Below are positions 9,459-20,368 of a stretch of 64,000 nt of DNA, one piece after another. Source of the stretch: Promethearchaeota archaeon. Lineage in GTDB: Archaea; Asgardarchaeota; Lokiarchaeia; Sigyniarchaeales; SOKP01. Below the pieces are notes generated by a model. It had not been told where the DNA came from, made no database searches, and was given only the letters and a program-made list of their open reading frames with translations. Within the stretch, counting starts at the first letter, position 1. Every line of letters starts with the position of its first letter. Made by a program: the position numbers and the translations under genes. The stretch covers positions 10,064-74,063 of the forward strand of contig JAFGOA010000071.1 of the NCBI GenBank assembly GCA_016926735.1, given 5' to 3'.

Positions 9459-12400
9459 TTGGAGAAAAATAAAAGGGTTGTTTTGAAGAAAAATAATAAA
9501 ATTCTTTCTATATGTATTATTGTATCGTTTATCATATTAAGCTTTATTATACCGAGTCTTTATAATGCTAACGGTATTATAAATGATGTTCCTAATAAAA
9601 TTGATGATAATTTTGGAAATAATAACATTAAATCATCATATAATCAGATAAATATGTTTGAAGGATATGTAGATCCATTGAATATAACTGATTACGGAAT
9701 TTTATATAATAATAGTCAATCTATATCATTAACTTCTGAAGAAGATATTGTTCTTCCTTATTATTTAGATGGGGTACATTATTGGGAAGCTTCAAAAATA
9801 GAAAATTCGATTACTAATATACAAGACACTCGTGAATGGGTTAATAATAGTGATTTTCTACCAAGAAATACCTATCATGAAGATTTAATAACTCCTGTAG
9901 AAACACCTCATAATTATAATAATAATCATGATTTTTTTCAAACATATTATGAGACCATTGGAAAGGCAGGCGTAGATGCAATTAGAGTTCATTTTGTAAA
10001 TATTTCATTTGATGAAAATGAAGATTATATAGGTATTTTTGGATATTATAGTGGAGAAGTATGGTTTCTTGATACAGGTAATAAATCAGATTTTTTTACT
10101 CCTTGGATATATGAGGATTCTGTAGATATAACTTATTATTCAGATAATGATGCTATAGTTGGTTATGGATGTTATATTGATTATTTTGAATACATTAATG
10201 ATACATCTTCTTATAATAATTCATGGGATTATCATCAATATCATAACAAATTTTCTGAGATAAATAGCTATAGTACTCCTGGTTATGTTGGAAGTAATAC
10301 CGCCGTACAAGTGGGTATGAATAGTGATCCCTTTTATGATGTAAACGAGCGAATTGCTTGTACATATAATCAAAGTGATCTTATTGAAATTTATCAGAAC
10401 CTAACCATTCCAAGGGGAAAGGTTATTGATGGATATATCTCTTTTGACTATTTTCCCGAATCAATTATAAATACTAATAATTTTTATATTTTTCTTGCAA
10501 TAAATGGTAAAAAAATTTACTCAAAAGGATTTCTTGATATAAATGAAGCTGGAGGAAGTCAAATGTGGCATAGTACAGGAAATATTAATATGAAATTATG
10601 GGTAAATACAACAAATATATTTAATGATATTATCGATAACCAGAAAATAAATATTTCTGTAGGTATAAAGAGTAGTAGTTGGACAACTTATTCTGGATAT
10701 TTAGATAGATTTCAACAAGTTGTATGGTTTGATAATGTTTCCTTAGTTTTAACAACTCTAGCTAATTCAACTCAAGAAGATATTAACCTTAAAATTAATA
10801 ATTTTTCATTATTTGAAGATCCTAACAACTGGGGCCATTCTACATTAAATATATCAGACAACTGGGATAAAGAGCATCCAATTACACTTACAATAAATAC
10901 TACCTCTCCTGATCTTTCATTTAAGCTAAATTCTAAAATTTATGGACATCATAATGCAACTTCAAAAAGAAATCAACAAAATGTTGAGGGATTATCATAT
11001 ACCATTTTAAATAATGGTACTATTCTTTGGGAGTTTTATCATAATTTTTACATGCCACCTTTTTATACTGAATTTGAATTTGTAGTAGATAAACCATTGA
11101 ATTGGAAAATTTTATCAATTTTAGATCCTACATTCTTTTCAGTATCTTTCGAAGGGGGAGATACAGGAGATTCTTATGTAAAAGTTAATTCATCAGAAGC
11201 TATATTTCCAGGGTGGTGGAAGATTACAGCAACGTCTCCTAATTATATAGAGATTGAAAACACGGAAATGTCGAAAAATGGAGAATGGAATTTGAATGGC
11301 TTTCTTAAAGATGATATTGCTCAGATAAGAACTCAAATAAATTCTTCTGATGATATACCTCTCGATTTAGGATCTACATTGGTGAATTTAACAATTTATG
11401 ATATAGAAGGTAATGTTTGGTATGAAGAATCACAATCTCCAAATCCTCCTGATGGAAGAGTATTATTCTCCGAAATCGATTTTTCTACAAGGAGCACAGC
11501 ATTTGGAGGAATTTATAATTATACTATATTTTGGACAAATGGTACAGCATTAGGGGGCATTAAATCTTCTTTAACTGTTATTCATGAGAGTTATTTAACA
11601 CTTCTCGAACCTGATGATTCAACTTTCAATGGTAAAGTAGGAGAATTTATTCCAGTGAGGATATGGGCAAGAGATTCTGAGAATAATAATTCTTTAACAA
11701 ATGGAATAATTTCATATAATTGGACAACAGGAACGATGGATATGAGTGAAACTGTCTCAGGTATTTACGATACAATCTTAGATACAGAAGATATTGGTGC
11801 TCTCGGTCTATATCAAATTGTAATTCAGATTAATCTTATTGGATATACTTCGAGCAATCTTACATTATATATTAATTTGGGAGAAGACACAAGTTTGAAT
11901 AGATTACAATCTGATTCTAAAATAATTATCAACTCAAATACGACTATTGAATTTTTCTATGCAGATTTTGATGATGATGGTATTATTGGAGCAACAGTAT
12001 TGGTTAATATTTCAAATCCTTCATATTATTTTGTAAGTGATTTAAATAATGGAAATTATGAAATAGAAATAAATATGTCTTATTTTACATCAATTGGAAC
12101 ATATATCTTAAAGTTCACGTTTAGTGCCCCCGGTTATGAAGAACAATCTCACCTTTATCAATTTTCAATTATTAATGTACCAATTACTACTCCTCCAGGT
12201 CCAAACATATTGCTTTTGGCAATTCTAGGTATTTCTCTTGCGATAATAGGTGCTTTATCAATAGTTAGTATAAGAAGTTATGTACTTTTACCAAGGAAAA
12301 GAAGGAAGGAGTCAGAAATACTCTCTAAAACTCAGAGATTCAAAGACCTAAGAAATATACAAGCTATTGTAATTATTGATAAACTTAGTGGAGTACCAAT

Positions 12401-13046
12401 TTTATCGAAAAGTTATTCAATATTAGAAACTCATAAAAAAGAGTTATTCTCAGGATTTATTCAAGCAATTACGACAATAGGAGAGCAAATAGCTGATGAA
12501 AAAACAGTAAAAGGTACTGATGAAAAGAAAGCGCAAACAACTAAACGAGATCGTATTTTAGAATTAGATTTTAAATATTTCTATTGTCTAATATGTGATA
12601 TCGAGGATATTCGGGTAGTATTAATTCTTAAAGAAAAAGCTTCAAATAGGCTAAGAAATCAAGCTAGAATCTTAGCAGAAGCATTAACACTTCAAATCTC
12701 ACAATATCTACAAGACTGGGATGGATCAGTAAATAAATTTGAAGTGATAATCCCTCCTATTTTAGAAGGATATATAGAAATGTACTATAAAGAAGTATTT
12801 AACTTAAATGATCCAAAATTTATTGGAAAAATAAGGAGAGAAGGACATCTAAATCAAATGGAAATAAGAGTTCTCAATGTTATTGACTCGATAGTAAAAT
12901 TTAGAAATGATTTTTATTTAGAATATGTTCTTAATTCTATTCATGAATCAAACAAGGATAAAGTAATAATAGCATTAGAATCATTAATCCAAAAGCAGAT
13001 AATCATTCCAAAGAAAATAGAAGGAGAATTTACTAAATATTTTTAA
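9459..13046 (+). CDS. Large single-pass membrane protein: CUB-like and Ig-like ectodomain, TM, cytoplasmic longin-like and winged-helix-like domains
   Basis: Signal/anchor at the N-terminus; 'ETPHNY...IRVHF...EDYI...YSD...GYG' CUB-like pattern; TM 'ILLLAILGISLAIIGALSIV' then RKRRK; 'IIDKLSGVPI...LFSGFIQAITT'. Confidence 0.75.
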   Translation: MEKNKRVVLKKNNKILSICIIVSFIILSFIIPSLYNANGIINDVPNKIDDNFGNNNIKSSYNQINMFEGYVDPLNITDYGILYNNSQSISLTSEEDIVLPYYLDGVHYWEASKIENSITNIQDTREWVNNSDFLPRNTYHEDLITPVETPHNYNNNHDFFQTYYETIGKAGVDAIRVHFVNISFDENEDYIGIFGYYSGEVWFLDTGNKSDFFTPWIYEDSVDITYYSDNDAIVGYGCYIDYFEYINDTSSYNNSWDYHQYHNKFSEINSYSTPGYVGSNTAVQVGMNSDPFYDVNERIACTYNQSDLIEIYQNLTIPRGKVIDGYISFDYFPESIINTNNFYIFLAINGKKIYSKGFLDINEAGGSQMWHSTGNINMKLWVNTTNIFNDIIDNQKINISVGIKSSSWTTYSGYLDRFQQVVWFDNVSLVLTTLANSTQEDINLKINNFSLFEDPNNWGHSTLNISDNWDKEHPITLTINTTSPDLSFKLNSKIYGHHNATSKRNQQNVEGLSYTILNNGTILWEFYHNFYMPPFYTEFEFVVDKPLNWKILSILDPTFFSVSFEGGDTGDSYVKVNSSEAIFPGWWKITATSPNYIEIENTEMSKNGEWNLNGFLKDDIAQIRTQINSSDDIPLDLGSTLVNLTIYDIEGNVWYEESQSPNPPDGRVLFSEIDFSTRSTAFGGIYNYTIFWTNGTALGGIKSSLTVIHESYLTLLEPDDSTFNGKVGEFIPVRIWARDSENNNSLTNGIISYNWTTGTMDMSETVSGIYDTILDTEDIGALGLYQIVIQINLIGYTSSNLTLYINLGEDTSLNRLQSDSKIIINSNTTIEFFYADFDDDGIIGATVLVNISNPSYYFVSDLNNGNYEIEINMSYFTSIGTYILKFTFSAPGYEEQSHLYQFSIINVPITTPPGPNILLLAILGISLAIIGALSIVSIRSYVLLPRKRRKESEILSKTQRFKDLRNIQAIVIIDKLSGVPILSKSYSILETHKKELFSGFIQAITTIGEQIADEKTVKGTDEKKAQTTKRDRILELDFKYFYCLICDIEDIRVVLILKEKASNRLRNQARILAEALTLQISQYLQDWDGSVNKFEVIIPPILEGYIEMYYKEVFNLNDPKFIGKIRREGHLNQMEIRVLNVIDSIVKFRNDFYLEYVLNSIHESNKDKVIIALESLIQKQIIIPKKIEGEFTKYF

Positions 13047-13301
13047 TTCTTTTTTTCCCTTTTATATATAATTTATTAAAAGTATATATGTATAATATTT
13101 ATTATCTCCATTTTTTTTATATTTAATGAGATTTGATGAAGAGAAATCAAGGTGTTTTACGAAATCAAAATTAAAAATATAGAAATGAGAAGGATTAATT
13201 ATTTATCTTTCTTTTTATTTAATAAGTTCAATAAAAAACCTTAAAATTAATCTCAATATAATTTTAAGGATGATTAATAAAGACTAATAACACCTAAAAT
13301 T

Positions 13302-14960
13302 ATGAATAGCAAATTCGTATGTGATACATCTGTAATTTTTAATGGTCAAATTCTAAGATTAATTGAGGATGGAGATTTAGGAGAAGTTCCGGAAATCTAT
13401 ATTCCAAATGTTGTAGTAGCAGAGATTGAATATAGATCTAATATTCAAAAAGAAATTGGATTTTTTGGCATTAATGTTTTAAAAAATCTTAGAGAATATC
13501 ATAAAAATAAAGAAATAATTCTGCATGTTTCAGGAGAAAGGCCAACAAGGGATGAAATAAAAATGTCTCCAGGTGGAGAATTAGATGCACTTATAAGAAG
13601 AGAAGCCATCAAAAATAATGCAATATTGATAACAACAGATCGAATTCAAGGAGATATTGGAATATTTGAAGGCTTAGAAATATTTTATGTAAAAGACCGA
13701 ACAGAACCACGTCCTAAAGAGCCATTATACTTAAAATTATTAGAATTTTTTGATGAAAATACAATGAGTGTTCATTTGAAAAGATATCTTCCACCTTATG
13801 CAAAAAAGGGGTCACCAGGTAGATGGCGTCTTGAAAAGATCTCTGAAGAACCAATAAGTAATCAATTAATAGAGGATATTGCTTTAGAAATCGTGGAATA
13901 TGTTCGAGAAGATGAACACTCCTTTATTGAAATTGATAAATTAGGAGCTTTAGTTCTTCAAATGCGAGATTTTAGAATAGTTATTACACGTCCTCCTTTT
14001 TCAAATGATGTTGAAATTACAGCTGTAAGACCTTTAGTTAATTTGACATTGTCAGATTATTCTATTGATTTTAATCTAAGGGAGAATATAGAAAAGGCAG
14101 AAGGTATATTAGTATGTGGTGCTCCAGGAGCAGGAAAGTCCACATTTGCAGCTGCCTTAGCAAATCATTATCTGGAAAGAGAAAAAGTAGTAAAAACCTT
14201 AGAGAGCGTTAGAGATCTGCAAGTAAGACCCGAGATTACTCAATATACTAAATTAGAAGGCAATCTAGAAAATTCAGCAGATATTTTATTGTTAGTTAGA
14301 CCAGATTTTACAATTTATGATGAAGTTAGAACAACAAAAGATTTTGAGATATATACGGATTTTAGATTATCAGGTGTTGGAATGGTTGGTGTTGTTCATA
14401 GTTCTTCAGCAATAGATGCAATTCAGAGATTTATAGGTAGAGTAGAACTTGGAATGTTGCCCTCAATAATCGATACGATAATTTTTATTGAAGGAGGAGA
14501 TATACACACAGTATTAGGAGTTCAAATGACAGTAAAAGTTCCATCGGGATTTAAAGATAAAGATTTAGCTAGACCTGTTGTTGAAGTAAGAGATTTTAAA
14601 ACAAATAAATTGGTATTTGAAGTTTATTCATTTGGACAAGATATTGTATTAAATCCTATTAATCCAATTAAATCAAAAAAGAAATTTAATGAATTTAAAG
14701 ATTTAAAAGAGCAGGAATATGACATTCCTAGAGGAGAAAGAATTAATTTAGATATTCAAGTTAAAAATGATAAAATTCTCATTTCTGCACCTTTAATATA
14801 TGCTTCTACAAATGTACAGATCTTTGCTGAAGGACAACTTATATTCACAGGATCTCTAAGTAGAAATGCTGAAATAAAAGTATCCCTTACTAATATCGAA
14901 TCAAAGAAATTCCTAAAAGCAATAAATCAAAATAAGAACATATATGGGATACCCAAATAA
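13302..14960 (+). CDS. PINc/VapC-family ATPase (PINA-like)
   Basis: N-terminal PIN 'VCDTS'; Walker A GAPGAGKS; Walker B 'TIYDEVR'; 'DAIQRFIGRVELG'. Confidence 0.9.
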   Translation: MNSKFVCDTSVIFNGQILRLIEDGDLGEVPEIYIPNVVVAEIEYRSNIQKEIGFFGINVLKNLREYHKNKEIILHVSGERPTRDEIKMSPGGELDALIRREAIKNNAILITTDRIQGDIGIFEGLEIFYVKDRTEPRPKEPLYLKLLEFFDENTMSVHLKRYLPPYAKKGSPGRWRLEKISEEPISNQLIEDIALEIVEYVREDEHSFIEIDKLGALVLQMRDFRIVITRPPFSNDVEITAVRPLVNLTLSDYSIDFNLRENIEKAEGILVCGAPGAGKSTFAAALANHYLEREKVVKTLESVRDLQVRPEITQYTKLEGNLENSADILLLVRPDFTIYDEVRTTKDFEIYTDFRLSGVGMVGVVHSSSAIDAIQRFIGRVELGMLPSIIDTIIFIEGGDIHTVLGVQMTVKVPSGFKDKDLARPVVEVRDFKTNKLVFEVYSFGQDIVLNPINPIKSKKKFNEFKDLKEQEYDIPRGERINLDIQVKNDKILISAPLIYASTNVQIFAEGQLIFTGSLSRNAEIKVSLTNIESKKFLKAINQNKNIYGIPK

Positions 14961-15163
14961 TTAACAAATATTTTACTATTACTTATTTTTTAATTATTTT
15001 CATAGTTTTAAGTATATACGAATTTTAAGTTATTAAATTCATCCTATATGAGCGTATTTAAAAAATAATAATTTTTTCAATTTTTTTATAAATATAAAAT
15101 TCACTAATTATAAAGGTAAATCTAATTATATTCAAGCTAGATTAACACAAATTTAAAAAAAAT

Positions 15164-15958
15164 TTAGAAGGGAAATCTTCCAGGACCAAATACTCCACCC
15201 CGCATCCTTCTTCCAAGCATAGCTCCTGTCATCATTCCATGTCCATGATGATTATCGTGGAGAACATTATCAATAGAGAGAACAAATCCAACAAGAATAC
15301 GTCTATCCGTTTCGTCATCAAGAACTTTTAAAGCATAAGTATCTTGAAAATCAAATATTCCTCCAAGAAAGATATCTCTCCAGCGATCAGCTTTTTCTAT
15401 TTCAGCCACTATTTTTCCACTTGAAATTTCTATAACTTTAAATGACCAGCCAAGAAATTCTCCTTGTGCTTCATACCATCGATTTCCAAGTGGATCCTCT
15501 AACCAAAACTTAGGTCTGAAAAATGAGGTTATTTTCTTCTTAATTCGAGCAATTTTATTACCTTGAGCATCCATTAAATCTTGAGCACCACGAGCCGAAA
15601 CTATTTTTGAATGAATTGATGCTGAAACAGTACCATCTTGTTCTATTAATTCAATTTTTTTTCTAATATTGAAAAATATTCTATGCATTGTTCCAATAGT
15701 TTTTCCAGTCTCATCATAAATGTCACCACTTCCAAAGTCCCAATATTTCTCTTTTAAAACATAATATTTTCTCCTTAAATCAAATAATCCTAATTTAGAG
15801 GGATCAGATTGTTGAGCAGGTTGAGGTTGTACAGATTGAGTATATACAGGTTGATTTACTACTTCTTGAGCTGGAACTCTTTCTAATTTTCCACCACACA
15901 TCTCACAAAATTTTTGATTTTGATCAGTTATTTCATTTCCACATTCGCTACAATACAT
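15164..15958 (-). CDS. Zinc-ribbon plus LURP-one/scramblase (Tubby-C-like) protein
   Basis: CxxC...CxxCG at the N-terminus, Q/P-rich linker, repeated 'D..G..I..I.KK' beta units, C-terminal helix 'LVGFVLSID'. Confidence 0.78.
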   Translation of the reverse strand: MYCSECGNEITDQNQKFCEMCGGKLERVPAQEVVNQPVYTQSVQPQPAQQSDPSKLGLFDLRRKYYVLKEKYWDFGSGDIYDETGKTIGTMHRIFFNIRKKIELIEQDGTVSASIHSKIVSARGAQDLMDAQGNKIARIKKKITSFFRPKFWLEDPLGNRWYEAQGEFLGWSFKVIEISSGKIVAEIEKADRWRDIFLGGIFDFQDTYALKVLDDETDRRILVGFVLSIDNVLHDNHHGHGMMTGAMLGRRMRGGVFGPGRFPF

Positions 15959-16093
15959 AATTCTATCAATATAATTGGATAATTCATTATTTTTATTCTT
16001 ATAATATTAAAAATGAAAGAACTATTTTTAATTTTTATAGTCCAATTTTTGATATACTTATATAGATATTTAAATGTGGGTTATTTTTAGCTT

Positions 16094-16828
16094 CTATTGA
16101 AATTTATCCAATTTTTCTAATAGAATTTTAAAATTATCAACTAAATCATAATATTCAATCATAGAAATTGGTTCATCTATTTCATCCAATTGATTTAAAT
16201 AATGCGCATCGCTACTAACGGCTATGGGTATCTTAAAGAGGATTAATTTATCAAAAAATAATTCCTTATACTTTGTAGAATAGAATTGCGGATAATTTGA
16301 GTTAAACTCATAGTAGATGTGATATTTGCTCATTATATTTAATAAAATACTCATATCAAAATATATAAAATTAGCGGGATCAAAATGAGCTAATCCGAAG
16401 AGAGGATTTTTTTTTCCTAATTTTTTTTTTTTTCGCCATTCTGAAATAATTTTTTGAACAAATGCTAGTGATTCAGGATTATCTAAGTATTCAAATAATA
16501 TTATATCAAATTCTTTTGGATGTATTAATTTCATAATATAGTTAAAAGAACTTTCTAAATCGATTTCGATTCCTTTTAATATTTTAAGGTTACTTTTAGC
16601 CTTTTTTAAATCCCTATTAAGAATTTCAATTTCATTGAGATAATCATTTATTATATCATAAGAATTTAGAGTCTTTATTATATTTGCTTTCCATGAATCT
16701 GAAAAATGATCTGTTATTGCGATAAAATTAAATTTCAATTCATTTGCTCTATCAACTATTTGTTCCACAGTATTCTTTCCATCTGAGAAATTACTATGAA
16801 TATGCAGATTAATCTTTGGTAAAATCAT
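16094..16828 (-). CDS. PHP-domain phosphoesterase
   Basis: 'LHIHSNFSDG', 'ITDH', 'GIE', 'AH', 'SDAH'. Confidence 0.88.
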   Translation of the reverse strand: MILPKINLHIHSNFSDGKNTVEQIVDRANELKFNFIAITDHFSDSWKANIIKTLNSYDIINDYLNEIEILNRDLKKAKSNLKILKGIEIDLESSFNYIMKLIHPKEFDIILFEYLDNPESLAFVQKIISEWRKKKKLGKKNPLFGLAHFDPANFIYFDMSILLNIMSKYHIYYEFNSNYPQFYSTKYKELFFDKLILFKIPIAVSSDAHYLNQLDEIDEPISMIEYYDLVDNFKILLEKLDKFQ

Positions 16829-16943
16829 TTTTTTTTAGATTTATGGACATTATACCTTATTATTTAACTATCTTATAATTATTTTCTATTTAGGTTTTTA
16901 TAATTTTAGGAAATCTATTTTTCATAAGGAATCTACAAAATAA

Positions 16944-18842
16944 TTATAGATTCTTTAATTCTCTATTAAAATATATTTGAACAGCACTACTGAAGATTAA
17001 AATTATTCCGAATATTGATAATACTGTTGTAAAAATAAATTCACTTCCAGATTTGCTTATATGAGTACCACCTATTCCAATATTCTCAATGTTAATAATA
17101 TCAGTATTTACTAATATAGCAAGGATAAATATAAAGATAGCTGATACTAATAAAATAACACCCATAATTAAATTAATATAGTAGATTAACCTTGTATGCT
17201 TTTTTTCTAATTCAATAATACGTCCCTCTCCTATTGTTATTGCTACTTTTTGTTTATCAATTCTTTTTACAAATGAATATACTATTTCCCTTAGAGGTAT
17301 TATATCGAAAATAACAGTTATTAAGACAAATATTACTATGATAATTAGAATTCTAAGGAGAATAAGATCAAAAATTTCTATCCCAATAGATAAAGTGGAT
17401 GACATTACACTTAAGTTTTTTAATATCCAAATAAAGATTCCTATAATTATAACACTAAAAAATTTTAATCCTGCTATTGTTAAAAGAATAGAAGGACGAT
17501 CAGCTATAGTTAAAAGATAATATAAAAGTCCCACAAGAAAAATAATAATACCGATTAAGATTGCTTCAGCACCACCATTGAAAATAAGACTAAATGCTAA
17601 TATTAAACAGGTTGATCCTACAATACATGGGAGATATGGAAAGAATGGTGCTTTAAATGGACGAGCTAATTCTTTTCTTTTATATCTTAAACTAACTGCA
17701 GCAAAATTAACAAAAGCAAGACCAAAAAAATAAATAAAACTGGTCATTAGCGCTGCTAGTTCAATATCTACTAAAAGAACAATAATAATACTAATTATTG
17801 TTGTGACTATTAAAGAATATATTGGAACATTTCTCTTTTTATCTACTTTTCTCAATTTTGCTGTTATATAATTATCTCTTGCTAAAGCATAAAGTACACT
17901 AATAGCAGATCCTAATGCAGCATTCATAGCTATAAGTGTAGAAATAATCGCAGCAATACCCATAATATAGAAACCAAAATCACCAAGAGTTCCTTTAAGT
18001 ACTCCTGCTAGTAAAATAGGCTCATTAGAAAAGGAATCAGGTTGACCTCCAATATTGATTAATACAACTGAAGTTATAATTAAATAAATTAAAGTTGAAG
18101 AAGTAATCGCAAGGGTATTTATTCGAGGGATATTTTTTAAACGATTTTTAATCTGAGGGTTTAAATATGCTAAATTTGAAGTTATAGAATTAAAACATAT
18201 AAATAGCAGAGAAAATGTTTGCATTATTGCAAAAAAATTAAAATCCGAAAAAATATAGGAGGGATTATAATTAGCAGGATTTGTTTTTGGAGATATAAAA
18301 ATCCCAGAAAATGTAAAAAAAGTAAAAATACTAATTAAAACAATTGTAAGTAATAATAAACTTTTCAAAGCAATTTTTTGAGTTCTAAATACAACTATAC
18401 TAATAAATAAAATTGATAAGAGAGCAATGATCGTTTTTATTGATTCCATAGCAGGAAATATTTGAAAAATAACAAGAGCAAATGATAATGAAGAAAAAAC
18501 GATAGTTCCAATATTAGCAATCCATAAAAATAAACCAATAATAAATGCTAAAAACCCACCTAATCCTTGTTTACTAAAATTATATGCGCCACCAGAAAGA
18601 GGTAAACTTATTGATAATTCAGAATAATTAAGAGCAGTGAGAAAGATCAAAATACCTCCTAATGCAAGACTGATTAATACACCAGGACCGGCTATTTCAA
18701 TAGCATTCCCAAGTAAAAGAAAAATTGAACCTCCAATTCCACAACCTATACCATAAAGAACACTACTCCCTATTCCTAAAGGCTTTTCCATAACATTTTT
18801 ATTGTTTTCAGTAGTTTCTTTTGCTAACTTTATTTTCTTCAA
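16944..18842 (-). CDS. APC-family amino acid permease with extra C-terminal TM helices
   Basis: 'IGGSIF...GP', 'YSEL..S.P.SGGAY', 'YALARD', 'RPFKAP.FP'. Confidence 0.85.
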   Translation of the reverse strand: MKKIKLAKETTENNKNVMEKPLGIGSSVLYGIGCGIGGSIFLLLGNAIEIAGPGVLISLALGGILIFLTALNYSELSISLPLSGGAYNFSKQGLGGFLAFIIGLFLWIANIGTIVFSSLSFALVIFQIFPAMESIKTIIALLSILFISIVVFRTQKIALKSLLLLTIVLISIFTFFTFSGIFISPKTNPANYNPSYIFSDFNFFAIMQTFSLLFICFNSITSNLAYLNPQIKNRLKNIPRINTLAITSSTLIYLIITSVVLINIGGQPDSFSNEPILLAGVLKGTLGDFGFYIMGIAAIISTLIAMNAALGSAISVLYALARDNYITAKLRKVDKKRNVPIYSLIVTTIISIIIVLLVDIELAALMTSFIYFFGLAFVNFAAVSLRYKRKELARPFKAPFFPYLPCIVGSTCLILAFSLIFNGGAEAILIGIIIFLVGLLYYLLTIADRPSILLTIAGLKFFSVIIIGIFIWILKNLSVMSSTLSIGIEIFDLILLRILIIIVIFVLITVIFDIIPLREIVYSFVKRIDKQKVAITIGEGRIIELEKKHTRLIYYINLIMGVILLVSAIFIFILAILVNTDIINIENIGIGGTHISKSGSEFIFTTVLSIFGIILIFSSAVQIYFNRELKNL

Positions 18843-18931
18843 TTTTAGATTTAATTGATTTTTATAGTATAATAATTTAAAATGAAAATTTAAATATATT
18901 TTATATTTAATGAATTTGGTTATAAAAATAG

Positions 18932-20368
18932 TTATGATTTTTCCAGATGAAATACCCCAGAAATTATTGTTAGAATAGCTCCCAATAAAACAATACCAAG
19001 TATTATCTCTGAACTAATATCATTAAAATTAATAAACCCAAGTAATGATCCAATTGTCCAGACTAAGAAAAATATCCCAAAACAAATTAATATTCCACCA
19101 AAAAATTTTGATAGTCTATATATAAGAGATAATACTTCAAGTCTATGAATCCGACTTTCTTTATCTCTTATTTCTTCTTCTTGATTATTCAATTCCACTT
19201 TAAGTTTTTGGAATACTTTTCGAGATTCAGTAATACTATTTTCAATCCTCTCATTTGCAGCTAATAATTTATTATTTTCTTCTTCTATAGCTTTATATTT
19301 TTCATTAAGAGCATCTAATCTTTCCTCTCTTTCTTGATGTTCCGTAGTAGATCTTTCTATTGATTCTTTAAGTTCAATTAATCGTTTTTCATTTGCTATC
19401 TTTAGCGATTCATTATTTTCTATTTCATCTTTTATCTTTATTAATTTAATATTTGCTTCTTGAATTTTCGATTCCAAACCAACAACAATTTGTTGCTTTT
19501 CTGTCATCTGATATTTGTATTTTTCCAATAATTCTTCATAGGTCTTCCTCTGTTCTTTCATTTCTGGAAAACCTTGATTATATTGTTTGATTTGACTATC
19601 AAAATCTTCTAATTTTCGTTCTTTTTTCTCAATCTGATCATTTAGTAATTTTAATTCGTCTTCTTTAGCAGTGATTAGGTTATTCGAATGTTCTAATTCT
19701 ACTTTATTTTTATCAATTGATACCTTGATTGACTCAGTTTCCGCTTTAAGACTTTTAAGTTTCTTCTCGAGAGTGTCAGCTTCTTCTCTCTGTTTCTCGA
19801 GTTCTTTTTCTTTTTCATTAATTTCATCATCTAATTTTGAAGCTTGATTTCTAAGTTGATCTTTTTTTGCGACTTTTTCTTTAACATTATCAGAAAGAAC
19901 AATAAGATCCACTTGTCTTTGTTCATAATTCTTGACTAATTGCTCATTATTCCGTAGAAGTTCTTGATATTCTTCTTCAAGATTTTCTTTACTTTCTTTT
20001 ATAATAGTTAATCGTTCTTCTAAATTTCCTAATTCTTCATTCTTTCTACTATATCTTTCCTCTAAGGCTTTGATTGTCTCTTGGAGAGCATCGTGGTATT
20101 GCCCTCTATTATCTATTTTTTTTTCTATAGATTTAAGTTTTTCTTCCGCATCTTCAATTTCTTTTGAAATTTCATCTATTGCTTTATCATCAATATCTTT
20201 TTTTTCAATTTCTTTTTCTATTTGTTCAATACTATCTTCAAAAGTTCTTAAATTTTTATCAATAATGTCTCTAGAGTCTTTAGCTTTAGATAAAAATTCT
20301 TTATCTATCTTATCAATTTCTTTTTCGATTTTACTATTTTTTTCTTCTTCGTTAAATTCGTCAGTCAT
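18932..20368 (-). CDS. Long coiled-coil protein with a C-terminal TM hairpin
   Basis: About 410 aa of E/K/L-rich heptad-like sequence followed by two hydrophobic helices. Confidence 0.8.
   Translation of the reverse strand: MTDEFNEEEKNSKIEKEIDKIDKEFLSKAKDSRDIIDKNLRTFEDSIEQIEKEIEKKDIDDKAIDEISKEIEDAEEKLKSIEKKIDNRGQYHDALQETIKALEERYSRKNEELGNLEERLTIIKESKENLEEEYQELLRNNEQLVKNYEQRQVDLIVLSDNVKEKVAKKDQLRNQASKLDDEINEKEKELEKQREEADTLEKKLKSLKAETESIKVSIDKNKVELEHSNNLITAKEDELKLLNDQIEKKERKLEDFDSQIKQYNQGFPEMKEQRKTYEELLEKYKYQMTEKQQIVVGLESKIQEANIKLIKIKDEIENNESLKIANEKRLIELKESIERSTTEHQEREERLDALNEKYKAIEEENNKLLAANERIENSITESRKVFQKLKVELNNQEEEIRDKESRIHRLEVLSLIYRLSKFFGGILICFGIFFLVWTIGSLLGFINFNDISSEIILGIVLLGAILTIISGVFHLEKS

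Noticed and set aside
18932-20368. SMC/Rad50 assignment for the coiled-coil protein
   Set aside because: No Walker A/B, signature or hinge motifs, and it ends in TM helices.
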